In this document: positions 1 through 7,637 of the stretch, one piece after another
Layout of the letters: each line of letters begins with the position of its first letter
Position numbering within the stretch: the first letter of the stretch is position 1
IMG/VR virus record: IMGVR_UViG_3300030395_000347
Coordinates: 1-25,718 of that record
Length of the DNA: 25,718 nucleotides
Strand: one strand, 5' to 3'
Origin: a virus
Taxonomy: Duplodnaviria > Caudoviricetes
Notes under the pieces: model-generated
The model's database searches: none
What the model saw: the letters and a program-made list of their open reading frames with translations, nothing else
Told to the model about the DNA's origin: nothing
Position numbers and translations under genes: made by a program

Positions 1-168
1 TGTCTTGGATCCTTTGACCCCTGGGGGTGGCCGGAGGTCGCTAGGAGGCACCACAAGCGGTTTGTAAGACGGTATGTCAGCCCGTGGTACCTCTAGCACC
101 GGACGTGGTAAAAGAAGGGGTTCAGGGAGCCGTAGAGACGGTAGTACCGGTGGCTCTCCTAAATCCAT
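1..168 (-). CDS. Proline-rich hypothetical protein, N-terminal part (runs off window edge)
   Basis: Translated by hand, not in ORF track: MDLGEPPVLPSLRLPEPLLLPRPVLEVPRADIPSYKPLVVPPSDLRPPPGVKGSKT... The ATG at 168 overlaps the upstream stop (TGATG), and the frame is open to position 1. Confidence 0.75.
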   Translation of the reverse strand, partial: MDLGEPPVLPSLRLPEPLLLPRPVLEVPRADIPSYKPLVVPPSDLRPPPGVKGSKT

Positions 169-329
169 CAGCTATCACCAAACAAGCCACGTTCGAGAAC
201 GTCCACGGCTGCATCGTCTACAGTGTTGTCAGACTTCTCAGCAAGTTTGCGAAGCATGTCAACAATCAGGCGCTTCACTTTGTCGCTATTAAGGAACGAC
301 ATGAGGACGGGGCGAATAAGAGCGATCAT
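168..329 (-). CDS. Small conserved phage protein (53 aa)
   Basis: Translated by hand: MIALIRPVLMSFLNSDKVKRLIVDMLRKLAEKSDNTVDDAAVDVLERGLFGDS. It has an ATGA overlap with the upstream chaperone stop and a TGATG overlap downstream. The (S/T)DNT(V/I)DD motif is one I recognise from small cyanophage late proteins. Confidence 0.8.
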   Translation of the reverse strand: MIALIRPVLMSFLNSDKVKRLIVDMLRKLAEKSDNTVDDAAVDVLERGLFGDS

Positions 330-727
330 GGTTTTGTAGGGTAGGTAGGGTTTTCTGGATCAGTGGTGTTAGCTGGCAGATCACGCAAGGCTTGGCGATA
401 CGCTGTTTCAGCGTCTGACATAGTTCTGTCAGAAACTGCCATCCAATCAGATTCAGTCAGCAGAATGTCACGATTATGGCGCAGCTCTGTCCAAGGGCTT
501 GATTCGCCACTTTGCTGCCACTGTGCCTTGTATGTATCAGTCCACTTATCAAAAAGTTCTTGTTCAGTAGGTTTTGGAATAGCGTTATCAGGATCCCAAA
601 TCAAACCTTCATAGTTAAAACCTGTTTGACCTGGATCAAATCCGTGGGACCAAGCAGCTCCAGCGTAACTGGAATCGTTGCGTAGGATATGAGGAATACC
701 GGCCTCGTCGGAGTTAAGGGGAAGCAT
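326..727 (-). CDS. Tail fibre assembly chaperone-like protein (Phage_tail_APC-type C-terminus)
   Basis: C-terminal WTELRHNRDILLTESDW...YRQALRDLP...P motif, directly downstream of the fibre genes. Start moved from 757 to the ATG at 727, just after the upstream stop at 730. Confidence 0.8.
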   Translation of the reverse strand: MLPLNSDEAGIPHILRNDSSYAGAAWSHGFDPGQTGFNYEGLIWDPDNAIPKPTEQELFDKWTDTYKAQWQQSGESSPWTELRHNRDILLTESDWMAVSDRTMSDAETAYRQALRDLPANTTDPENPTYPTKP

Positions 728-729
728 AA

Positions 730-1329
730 TTAAGAAACAATAGTAAGGTTGTCGCACTCAAGAAAGTGGATTTGTGTCGTTCTATTCCGGTGCCGATCAG
801 CAGAACGACCCATTCCAGGGTTATGAAACGCACCACAGCGTTCGTTAGAGCCACTGCGAGAGCTATGGCCAAGCTTGACTCTTAGGTTTTTATGGGTCCC
901 TAACGAACTGGCTTGATCAGCACCTTGATACATAACGAAACCGAAAATACCATCGTTACTATCGTTGTTCCAACTAGCTATTTTTGCACTTTTGTCGTAC
1001 TTGTTAGTGCCGTTGTAGTGAATGTACTCGCCGCACCGGTAAGACTCCTCACCAGCAAGAGGAATCCAACCCATAAATACAATACCATCATCGTCACTCT
1101 GTCTAGGCACAGAGAAGGATGTATAGGTAATATTTGCTAATTGAGACTGCCACTCATCTATTTTTCCTGATTGAAAATGGACATGTTGGATGTCCTCACC
1201 AATATCAGTGCACTTAGCTCTAGTAAGTGTGTTGTCTGCAATGTTTGCGGCTGTTACAGTGCCGTTGGGTAAGCCGCCAACTGGAAGGCCAGTAAGTTTG
1301 CCTTCAGTTCCGTGAATTGTAAGTGACAT
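730..1329 (-). CDS. Putative tail-fibre tip/receptor-binding subunit, paralog 3 (199 aa)
   Basis: N-terminal GGLPNGTVTAANIADNT fibre-like motif; C-terminal NP..R..RTTQIHFLE shared with the two upstream ORFs; TAATG coupling. Confidence 0.65.
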   Translation of the reverse strand: MSLTIHGTEGKLTGLPVGGLPNGTVTAANIADNTLTRAKCTDIGEDIQHVHFQSGKIDEWQSQLANITYTSFSVPRQSDDDGIVFMGWIPLAGEESYRCGEYIHYNGTNKYDKSAKIASWNNDSNDGIFGFVMYQGADQASSLGTHKNLRVKLGHSSRSGSNERCGAFHNPGMGRSADRHRNRTTQIHFLECDNLTIVS

Positions 1330-1955
1330 TACTCTCCGAATTGAATTTCGTCAGCACTCTCGGTAGTGCGTACGCAGGGATCTAGTAACTCAAAAAATGT
1401 AATTTGAGTGGTGTGGTCTTGGTCACGAGCAGAACGTTGGCTTGGGTTCCAGTAGTTACCAGCCCGTTGATTGCTGTTGTTACCACTCCTTATACCAAGA
1501 TAAACTGAAACAGTAGTTTCTCCTGCTAATTCTTCAGGACGCCATACACCATTATATTGGCACATTCCATTAACACCATCATCATTCATACTGGCAGGTG
1601 GTGATGTAAACAGTGCAGCCTCTGTTTTCATAGTAGAGTCTAATTGAATATAAAGTCCAGGACGGTATGCGCTTTGACCTCTAACAGGTGTAAAACCGTA
1701 AGCCCAAATAGATGTGTCAGTACGTTTTCTAGTAAAAGATGTCTCAATTATAACAGCCTGTTTAGTATCAGGTACAGTAATGTTGTGAGTAGCATCAGCA
1801 AAATGATGAACCCCAATAATTGAACCTGCAGCAGTCGGTGCTAATTGGTCAGCCGTAACGGTATTGTTTGCAATAACATCTGCATCAATAACACCGCTTC
1901 CAACACCACCTTCTTTCAGACCAAACATGCCGTTATCGGTAAATTTAATAGCCAT
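1329..1955 (-). CDS. Putative tail-fibre tip/receptor-binding subunit, paralog 2 (208 aa)
   Basis: GGVGSGVIDADVIANNTVTADQL, HFADATHNI and NPSQRSARDQDHTTQITFFE motifs shared with neighbouring ORFs. Confidence 0.65.
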   Translation of the reverse strand: MAIKFTDNGMFGLKEGGVGSGVIDADVIANNTVTADQLAPTAAGSIIGVHHFADATHNITVPDTKQAVIIETSFTRKRTDTSIWAYGFTPVRGQSAYRPGLYIQLDSTMKTEAALFTSPPASMNDDGVNGMCQYNGVWRPEELAGETTVSVYLGIRSGNNSNQRAGNYWNPSQRSARDQDHTTQITFFELLDPCVRTTESADEIQFGE

Positions 1956-1957
1956 AA

Positions 1958-2548
1958 TTAAGTGAAAAAGTTAAGCTGATCAGTTTCAAACAGTGTTATT
2001 TGCGTAGTGTTTCGGCGGTGACGAGATGATGTCTGGTTTGGATTGGAAACTCCGCCCATATAGTGGTTATTACCATCACGTGTGTGTTTGCCAATCTTAA
2101 AGGTATGGCTTGTTCCACCTCCAAGGGTGCCTGCAGTCCAAGCACCTTGAATCCGGAAAATACCTAACTGTCCATCAGAACCGTTGGTAGGAGTTCTCCA
2201 ATTAGTCATGTCAAATTTCTTACCGGTGCTGTCAATTTCGACGTATGATCCGACTAAGTGACTATAATCGCTGCCACCCTGAGGAACGTATCCAATGGCA
2301 ACGATTGCATTGCTACTGCTAGATCTCGTAAAGTTAAAGGTAATAATAACGTTACTGTTGTTAGCTGCGTCACTAATGTTATTAGTTGCGTCATTAAAAT
2401 GGGTAATTTTTTCAATGCAACCTTTAGTGTTGCTTGCAAACTTGTTTACGTTGACAGCGTTGTTTGCAAAGTTAGCGGCTGTAAAAACCTTAGGATCGTA
2501 GTTACCAGCACCGATTCCTGTAATACTGTTGTGATTTACTTGTGTCAT
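1958..2548 (-). CDS. Putative tail-fibre tip/receptor-binding subunit, paralog 1 (196 aa)
   Basis: FTAANFANNAV, HFNDATNNI and NPNQTSSRHRRNTTQITLFE motifs; immediately follows the main fibre gene. Confidence 0.65.
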   Translation of the reverse strand: MTQVNHNSITGIGAGNYDPKVFTAANFANNAVNVNKFASNTKGCIEKITHFNDATNNISDAANNSNVIITFNFTRSSSSNAIVAIGYVPQGGSDYSHLVGSYVEIDSTGKKFDMTNWRTPTNGSDGQLGIFRIQGAWTAGTLGGGTSHTFKIGKHTRDGNNHYMGGVSNPNQTSSRHRRNTTQITLFETDQLNFFT

Positions 2549-2559
2549 AATTAAAGGTG

Positions 2560-5500
2560 TTAAACTACGGTCCAGGATGTGCCACTATTGATAGTTACTG
2601 CAACTCCAGAACCAATAGTAATTGGTCCAGCAGACATTGCATTTGTGCTAGAAGGGACAGTATAAGAAGAAGACAAGCTCTTAGCATTTTCCCAGAACAA
2701 ACCAGACGTGGCTCCCGCGTTGTTATCGACGTATGCTTTGACCGATTGTTGAGTCGGAACTTTAGTCGAGCTATTGCTGCTCATGTCATCTTGATCGATA
2801 ACAAAGCTCATAGACGAAGTGCTGGTGTCGCTGTTCATTACAGCTCCAGCCGCGTTGACGTTAGTTGAGTCAGTTACGTCTGCACCGGACTCAATGTTAC
2901 TAAGCTTGTTAAAAAGCCCATTAGACATCAAACCAGCTTGACTCGATGTAGCTGTCGTTAGGCTGACATTAGTGCCAGTCGAGCTTGTAACTGTTGCGCT
3001 GTCTGAGAAAAAGCTGACACCCAAATTTGTGCCAACGTTTACCTGAGCACCTGAGGCAATACCGTCCAACTTGTCATGCATTGCTGAAGTCATGACACCA
3101 GCTTTAGAGCTGGTAGCTTCATTGATTGTTGTATTAGTTCCTGTCGAACTGGCAACAGTTACAGAAGTGGTATTCCGAGAAAGACTTAAGTTTGTACCAA
3201 CGTTTACCTGAGCACCTGCAGCAATTCCGTCAAGCTTATCGTGGTGTGCGGTAGACATGACGCCTGCCGCTGAACTACTAGCTTCGTTGATAGTAGCATT
3301 AGTACCAGTACTGCTGTTGACAGTAACTGAACCAGTTGCAGTAGAAGTGCTAAGGTTAGTAGTAGTATTAACAGTGTTAGTAGAAGCTGCAGTCAAACGA
3401 CCGTCAGCGTCAACAGTAAAGCTAGGAATTTCAGTAGCTGAACCATAGTTACCAGCAGTAACAGCAGTGCTAGCCAGTTGCGTAGCACCGATAGATCCTG
3501 CAGTCACACTAACAGTAATTTGTCCGCTACCAGGCGTGTTATCGTTAACCGTAATACCAGTACCACCAACCACATCAGACGTCAATGCAGTGTCGATCTT
3601 AGAGTCAATCGTACCGTCAACGTAGGTTTTGTTGGTTGCGTTAGTACCGGATGTTGGCGTAATGGTGTTGAGCTGACCCGTCATGGTTGCACCAGACGTG
3701 GTAACAAAACCACTGGTGCTAGTCACACCAGCTTGCCATGCACTTGCGGTAGCGTTGTAAACCTTGAGGGTATCTGCTGTAGTGTCAAACCAAAGGTCAC
3801 CATCGTGCAGAGACGTGGTAGGTGCAGTTGCACTAACTCGATAACGATCAGCAAAATCGTTGACGCTGCTAATGTTAGAAGCAACAGTGTTGACATTACT
3901 GATAGAACCAGCAGTAGTGTTTACGTTGCTGATAGAACCTGCAACAGTGTTGATGTTGCTGATGTCATCAGAGCAGTTGCTCATAGCGGTGACATTACTG
4001 GACGTAGCCAGCGTGTTCATATCAGACACAATATCTGCTGTGCCGAGCGTATTCATGTCCGCTACAGCATCAGCGGTACCAAGGCGACCAATCTCAGTAG
4101 CCTTACCTGCAACTGCAGTAACGTTTGAATCGTTATTAGCAACAGTAGTGACGTTAGAGCTAATACCTGCAACCGTAGTTACGTTTGAGCTAATGCCCGC
4201 AACAGTGGTTACATTAGCGTTGATACCTGCAACAGTCGTAACATTACTAGAAATACCAGCAACAGTATTTACGTTTGAAATGTTATCTTCAACAGTGTTG
4301 ATGTCACTGATGTTGTCTTCAACCGTCTGAATATCACCAATATTATTAGCTACAGTTTGGATGTCACTTGCGTTAGATGCAACAGTTGTGACTTCAGTAG
4401 CCTTAGGAGTCAGACGGTGGAATTTATATTGATGCAAAGTCGTAGTTGTTTCAACTAAACAACCAAAACCTGCTGCCAATACAGTTGTACCACAGTCAGT
4501 AATAGTAACGTTAGACCCAGTTATATTAGTTAAGGTACTGTCTGGAATAGTAACCGTTCCATTAGTGGGACTATAACTTGTCCCTAAAACACCAATAGAA
4601 ACAATAGTGCCAGCACCATCGTTTACATCAGGGTTAGCGTTAGGAAAATTTGCTTCAGATGCTAGTGGTACAAAACCACCAACCTCTTCAACAAGGTCGA
4701 TGATTCTATCGTTGATAGCAGCAGTAGTAGCAATGGTAGTGTCGTTATCTGGGAACGTTTGACCATCTTTGATGGTATCGCCAGAACTGATGTTAAAATA
4801 ACGTGCGTCAGCTGCTGCAGTAGTAAAGAACGAAGTTTCGTTTACACTAAAACCGTTTGCGCTTTGATCACTATCAGTAACAACAGTAGCTGCAGTCAGT
4901 TTTGCACTTGTAATTGTGTCATCGCTAATGTTTCCGTTGACAATAGTGCCATCAGCAATCTTAGCAGATGTGACCGCATCGTCTGCAAGGTTACCTTCTA
5001 CAATAGTACCGTCTGCAATTTTAGCTGAAGTAACAGCATCATCTGCAAGGTTACCTTCTACAATCGTGCCGTCTGCAATTTTTGCGCTAGTTACTTGATC
5101 GTCACCAATGTTGGCAGTCTGATTAACAAAGGTGTCAACATAATTTTTAGTAGCAGCATCCTGTGCACCAGTTGGGTCAGTAACACTTGTAATGCGGCTA
5201 GATTCAACATCTACAGTACCTGTGCCGTGCGGGCTGATAACAATGTTTTCGTTACCAGAGTCGCTAACAATTTTCTTACCGTTGACATCCATGTCAGCCA
5301 ACAGTTTAGAAACCGACAACGCACCTGCAGGAATGTCAACAAAGCCAGATTGCTGGTCAACACTGAAGGTATCACCAACACGGAACTTACCGTTGTGGTC
5401 AGTAATAGCAGCCCAAACTTTACCGTTGTTTAGCTCTTTTTTCTGGTGTGATTCTTGGTGAACACCGTTAGGGCTCGTACCAGATCCGACAGCATAAGTA

Positions 5501-7623
5501 CCTGCAGCATATTCAGGCAGTGCGCGGTAGTCAACACCAGCACCGACATATTCCATGGTGTGTCCAGAGGACGCAATCATAGAACGCAGGTAGAACTTAA
5601 CGGACGAGTTATCGGCAGGGTTATTAGAAAGACCATCGTTGATGGTACGATCACCTGTGTTTGGTCGGCTGATAGTAACTGTAAACTCAGTAGAAGAAAC
5701 TACAGTAGAAGAAAGGATCGGATAAAGATTGCCACCAACCTCTACCAACATATTACTGGCGGGGCGTAGGGATGAACCGTGCCATGTTGCATTTGCTGCA
5801 ACACCGTCAACAGTAAATGTAATATCGCCAGAACTAGGTGTGCCTTTTACCTGACCAGTAAAGATCTCGGTTGTTGACTTACCTTCTGCAACCAACGAGA
5901 ATCGACCAAAGTCGGTTGTTGATGCTGCAAGGTTAGCCTGTCCACCGTTGATACATGCGATGTGGAAGTGGTTGAAGAAAGCGTAGCTAGAAGTGACCTG
6001 GGTGTAACCGTTGTTGGTCACGAAAATGCCAGGACCATCTAGTGCAGTGTGGGTGTAGCTGTCCGCAACCATAGAACGAAGCGGAGAATCGTCGTGAGGT
6101 GTTGAACCATCGACGAGAAGGCCGCCGCCAGTAGGAGCGTGGTCAAGGTCACCTGCACGACCTTTGTCTTCGGTACCCGCGTAAAACTGCAGGTTGTTGT
6201 TGTCAATCTCCGAGTCAGAAAAGTTTGTACAATTCTGAATGTACGGAGACTTGTAGATCATGGCGTCCGGGAAGAACGACACGTTCCAACCTTGTGTTGG
6301 AGGCAGGCCGTGGGTAGCATCTTCCCACAGAGATCCAGTAGCACCACGAGTACCGCTGGCCTTCATACCCGTAAACGTCATGTTGTGCAGGTATGTACCG
6401 CTGTTTACACGGAACAGGCTGTTGGTTTCTGTAGCAGCGGTCGGGTGCACGATGACGTTACGAACCGACGCACCAATGATAGCGACGTCACGCTTTTGAA
6501 TGTCAATAGGTGCAGCTTCCTGATAGACACCAGGAGCGACCAACACAACACTGCCGTCACCGAATGTAGAGTCACTATTGATAGCTTCTACAGCAGCCTT
6601 AATAGTTGCCTTAGGACTTGAGATGCGGTGACCTTCGTTGTTGTCGTTACCGTTTACAGAGTCAACATAGATAACTTTTTCTAGCTTGGTAAAAGTACCA
6701 CCAGAGGTAACGCCATCCCACTTGCTACCATCCCACATGTGCAGGGTTTGGTCGCTGTCGTTCTGGTACCAGAGTTTACCGGTTTGGAATGTAGATCCTG
6801 CAGGAGTACCAGTCTGTACCAGTGCATCGTGACGAGTCTTAGCCGCAAGAGCGGTAAAGATGTTGTTGTCGGTAGGTGATGGATTTTGTGCATCTTGCTC
6901 AGCGTTGTTAATGATGTCGCTGTTTTTGATGCGATCAAGATCAACAGAGTTGGCAGTGATGCCCAGAGTAACCTGACCACCATTGCCAGTCTTATTAAGA
7001 CCAGTGCTGTCAACCAGCACGTCAGTCTCAAGGGCTGTGTCGATCTTTGCAGAGATACGATTCTCGATTGCTTTGGTAGTTGCAATCTGGGTATCTACGT
7101 CAGTCCAGGTCTCATCGCTGTGCAGAGTCTGAGTTTCGTTGTCCCAGGTTTCCTGCTCCAGGTACTGCCTGTTGACAGCATCAGTAGCTGCAGTGGGATC
7201 AGCAAGTTCCGTAATACGGTTGCTGTTCATGTCAACGTCCGTGTCGAACTGACCATTCGTCCTGGTGACGTACTGATCGCGAACCTCTTCGACAGCAAAG
7301 TTGTTTTGGTTGAAGTTATCGTTAAGATCCTGGGACCTGATAGCAGATCCGGCAAAGAACGTAGACTTCAGTTCAGTAATGTCTGTCTCACGAAACACCC
7401 GAACGGTGACTCCATTCTTAGGAGCCCCCGTTGTTTCTTGCAGGGTGGTGGCGGCAGAGATAGTATTAAATTGGATTCTCGTATCAGTCGAGAAGAAATA
7501 TGCAGTTGTAGGCTGGGTGGTGCCATTCAGGCTGACTTTGACGTCAGACTGTTCCAGGTATTCAAATGTAAAGTCAAAGAAAACTTTAGTGCCGTTTCCT
7601 GTGAACGTATCAAATGTCGCCAT
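2560..7623 (-). CDS. gp17: Tail fibre protein (T7 gp17-like N-terminal anchor, mosaic body), 1687 aa
   Basis: N-terminus FTGNG...FDFTFEYL...DVKVSLNG...VRVFRET...F.AGSAIRSQDLNDNFNQ matches the T7 tail-fibre N-terminal domain. It sits after gp16 and contains DAATKNYVD-type fibre motifs and several repeat blocks. Confidence 0.93.
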   Translation of the reverse strand: MATFDTFTGNGTKVFFDFTFEYLEQSDVKVSLNGTTQPTTAYFFSTDTRIQFNTISAATTLQETTGAPKNGVTVRVFRETDITELKSTFFAGSAIRSQDLNDNFNQNNFAVEEVRDQYVTRTNGQFDTDVDMNSNRITELADPTAATDAVNRQYLEQETWDNETQTLHSDETWTDVDTQIATTKAIENRISAKIDTALETDVLVDSTGLNKTGNGGQVTLGITANSVDLDRIKNSDIINNAEQDAQNPSPTDNNIFTALAAKTRHDALVQTGTPAGSTFQTGKLWYQNDSDQTLHMWDGSKWDGVTSGGTFTKLEKVIYVDSVNGNDNNEGHRISSPKATIKAAVEAINSDSTFGDGSVVLVAPGVYQEAAPIDIQKRDVAIIGASVRNVIVHPTAATETNSLFRVNSGTYLHNMTFTGMKASGTRGATGSLWEDATHGLPPTQGWNVSFFPDAMIYKSPYIQNCTNFSDSEIDNNNLQFYAGTEDKGRAGDLDHAPTGGGLLVDGSTPHDDSPLRSMVADSYTHTALDGPGIFVTNNGYTQVTSSYAFFNHFHIACINGGQANLAASTTDFGRFSLVAEGKSTTEIFTGQVKGTPSSGDITFTVDGVAANATWHGSSLRPASNMLVEVGGNLYPILSSTVVSSTEFTVTISRPNTGDRTINDGLSNNPADNSSVKFYLRSMIASSGHTMEYVGAGVDYRALPEYAAGTYAVGSGTSPNGVHQESHQKKELNNGKVWAAITDHNGKFRVGDTFSVDQQSGFVDIPAGALSVSKLLADMDVNGKKIVSDSGNENIVISPHGTGTVDVESSRITSVTDPTGAQDAATKNYVDTFVNQTANIGDDQVTSAKIADGTIVEGNLADDAVTSAKIADGTIVEGNLADDAVTSAKIADGTIVNGNISDDTITSAKLTAATVVTDSDQSANGFSVNETSFFTTAAADARYFNISSGDTIKDGQTFPDNDTTIATTAAINDRIIDLVEEVGGFVPLASEANFPNANPDVNDGAGTIVSIGVLGTSYSPTNGTVTIPDSTLTNITGSNVTITDCGTTVLAAGFGCLVETTTTLHQYKFHRLTPKATEVTTVASNASDIQTVANNIGDIQTVEDNISDINTVEDNISNVNTVAGISSNVTTVAGINANVTTVAGISSNVTTVAGISSNVTTVANNDSNVTAVAGKATEIGRLGTADAVADMNTLGTADIVSDMNTLATSSNVTAMSNCSDDISNINTVAGSISNVNTTAGSISNVNTVASNISSVNDFADRYRVSATAPTTSLHDGDLWFDTTADTLKVYNATASAWQAGVTSTSGFVTTSGATMTGQLNTITPTSGTNATNKTYVDGTIDSKIDTALTSDVVGGTGITVNDNTPGSGQITVSVTAGSIGATQLASTAVTAGNYGSATEIPSFTVDADGRLTAASTNTVNTTTNLSTSTATGSVTVNSSTGTNATINEASSSAAGVMSTAHHDKLDGIAAGAQVNVGTNLSLSRNTTSVTVASSTGTNTTINEATSSKAGVMTSAMHDKLDGIASGAQVNVGTNLGVSFFSDSATVTSSTGTNVSLTTATSSQAGLMSNGLFNKLSNIESGADVTDSTNVNAAGAVMNSDTSTSSMSFVIDQDDMSSNSSTKVPTQQSVKAYVDNNAGATSGLFWENAKSLSSSYTVPSSTNAMSAGPITIGSGVAVTINSGTSWTVV
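2875..3365 (-). repeat. Three 55-aa (165-bp) repeats in the distal tail fibre
   Basis: Unit TNL......SVTV.SSTGTN.TI.EA.SS.AGVM....HDKLDGIA.GAQVNV; the DNA ccaacgtttacctgagcacctg recurs at 3032 and 3197 (165 bp apart). Confidence 0.9.
3850..4400 (-). repeat. 10-aa (30-bp) tandem repeats, NVTTVAGISS-type, in the tail fibre shaft
   Basis: Runs of NVTTVAGISS / NVNTVAGSIS / DIQTVEDNIS in two blocks separated by LGTADAVADMNT repeats; DNA diverged at synonymous sites. Confidence 0.9.
4921..5100 (-). repeat. Three 20-aa (60-bp) repeats ADDAVTSAKIADGTIVEGNL
   Basis: Lines 4921, 4981 and 5041 align in register (tctgcaaggttaccttctacaat recurs 60 bp apart). Confidence 0.9.
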
Positions 7624-7637
7624 TAGGTACCTTTAGG

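Noticed and set aside
3850-5100. Tandem DNA repeats as a CRISPR array or DGR template/variable repeats
   Set aside because: Repeats are in-frame, lack unique spacers, vary at synonymous positions rather than adenine-specifically, and there is no cas or reverse transcriptase gene in the window.
6886-7626. 246-aa plus-strand ORF, and the many other plus-strand ORFs in the track (e.g. 3478-4128, 8026-8565, 19350-19802)
   Set aside because: Antisense shadows of well-supported minus-strand genes; no recognisable motifs, and T7-like genomes are transcribed from one strand.
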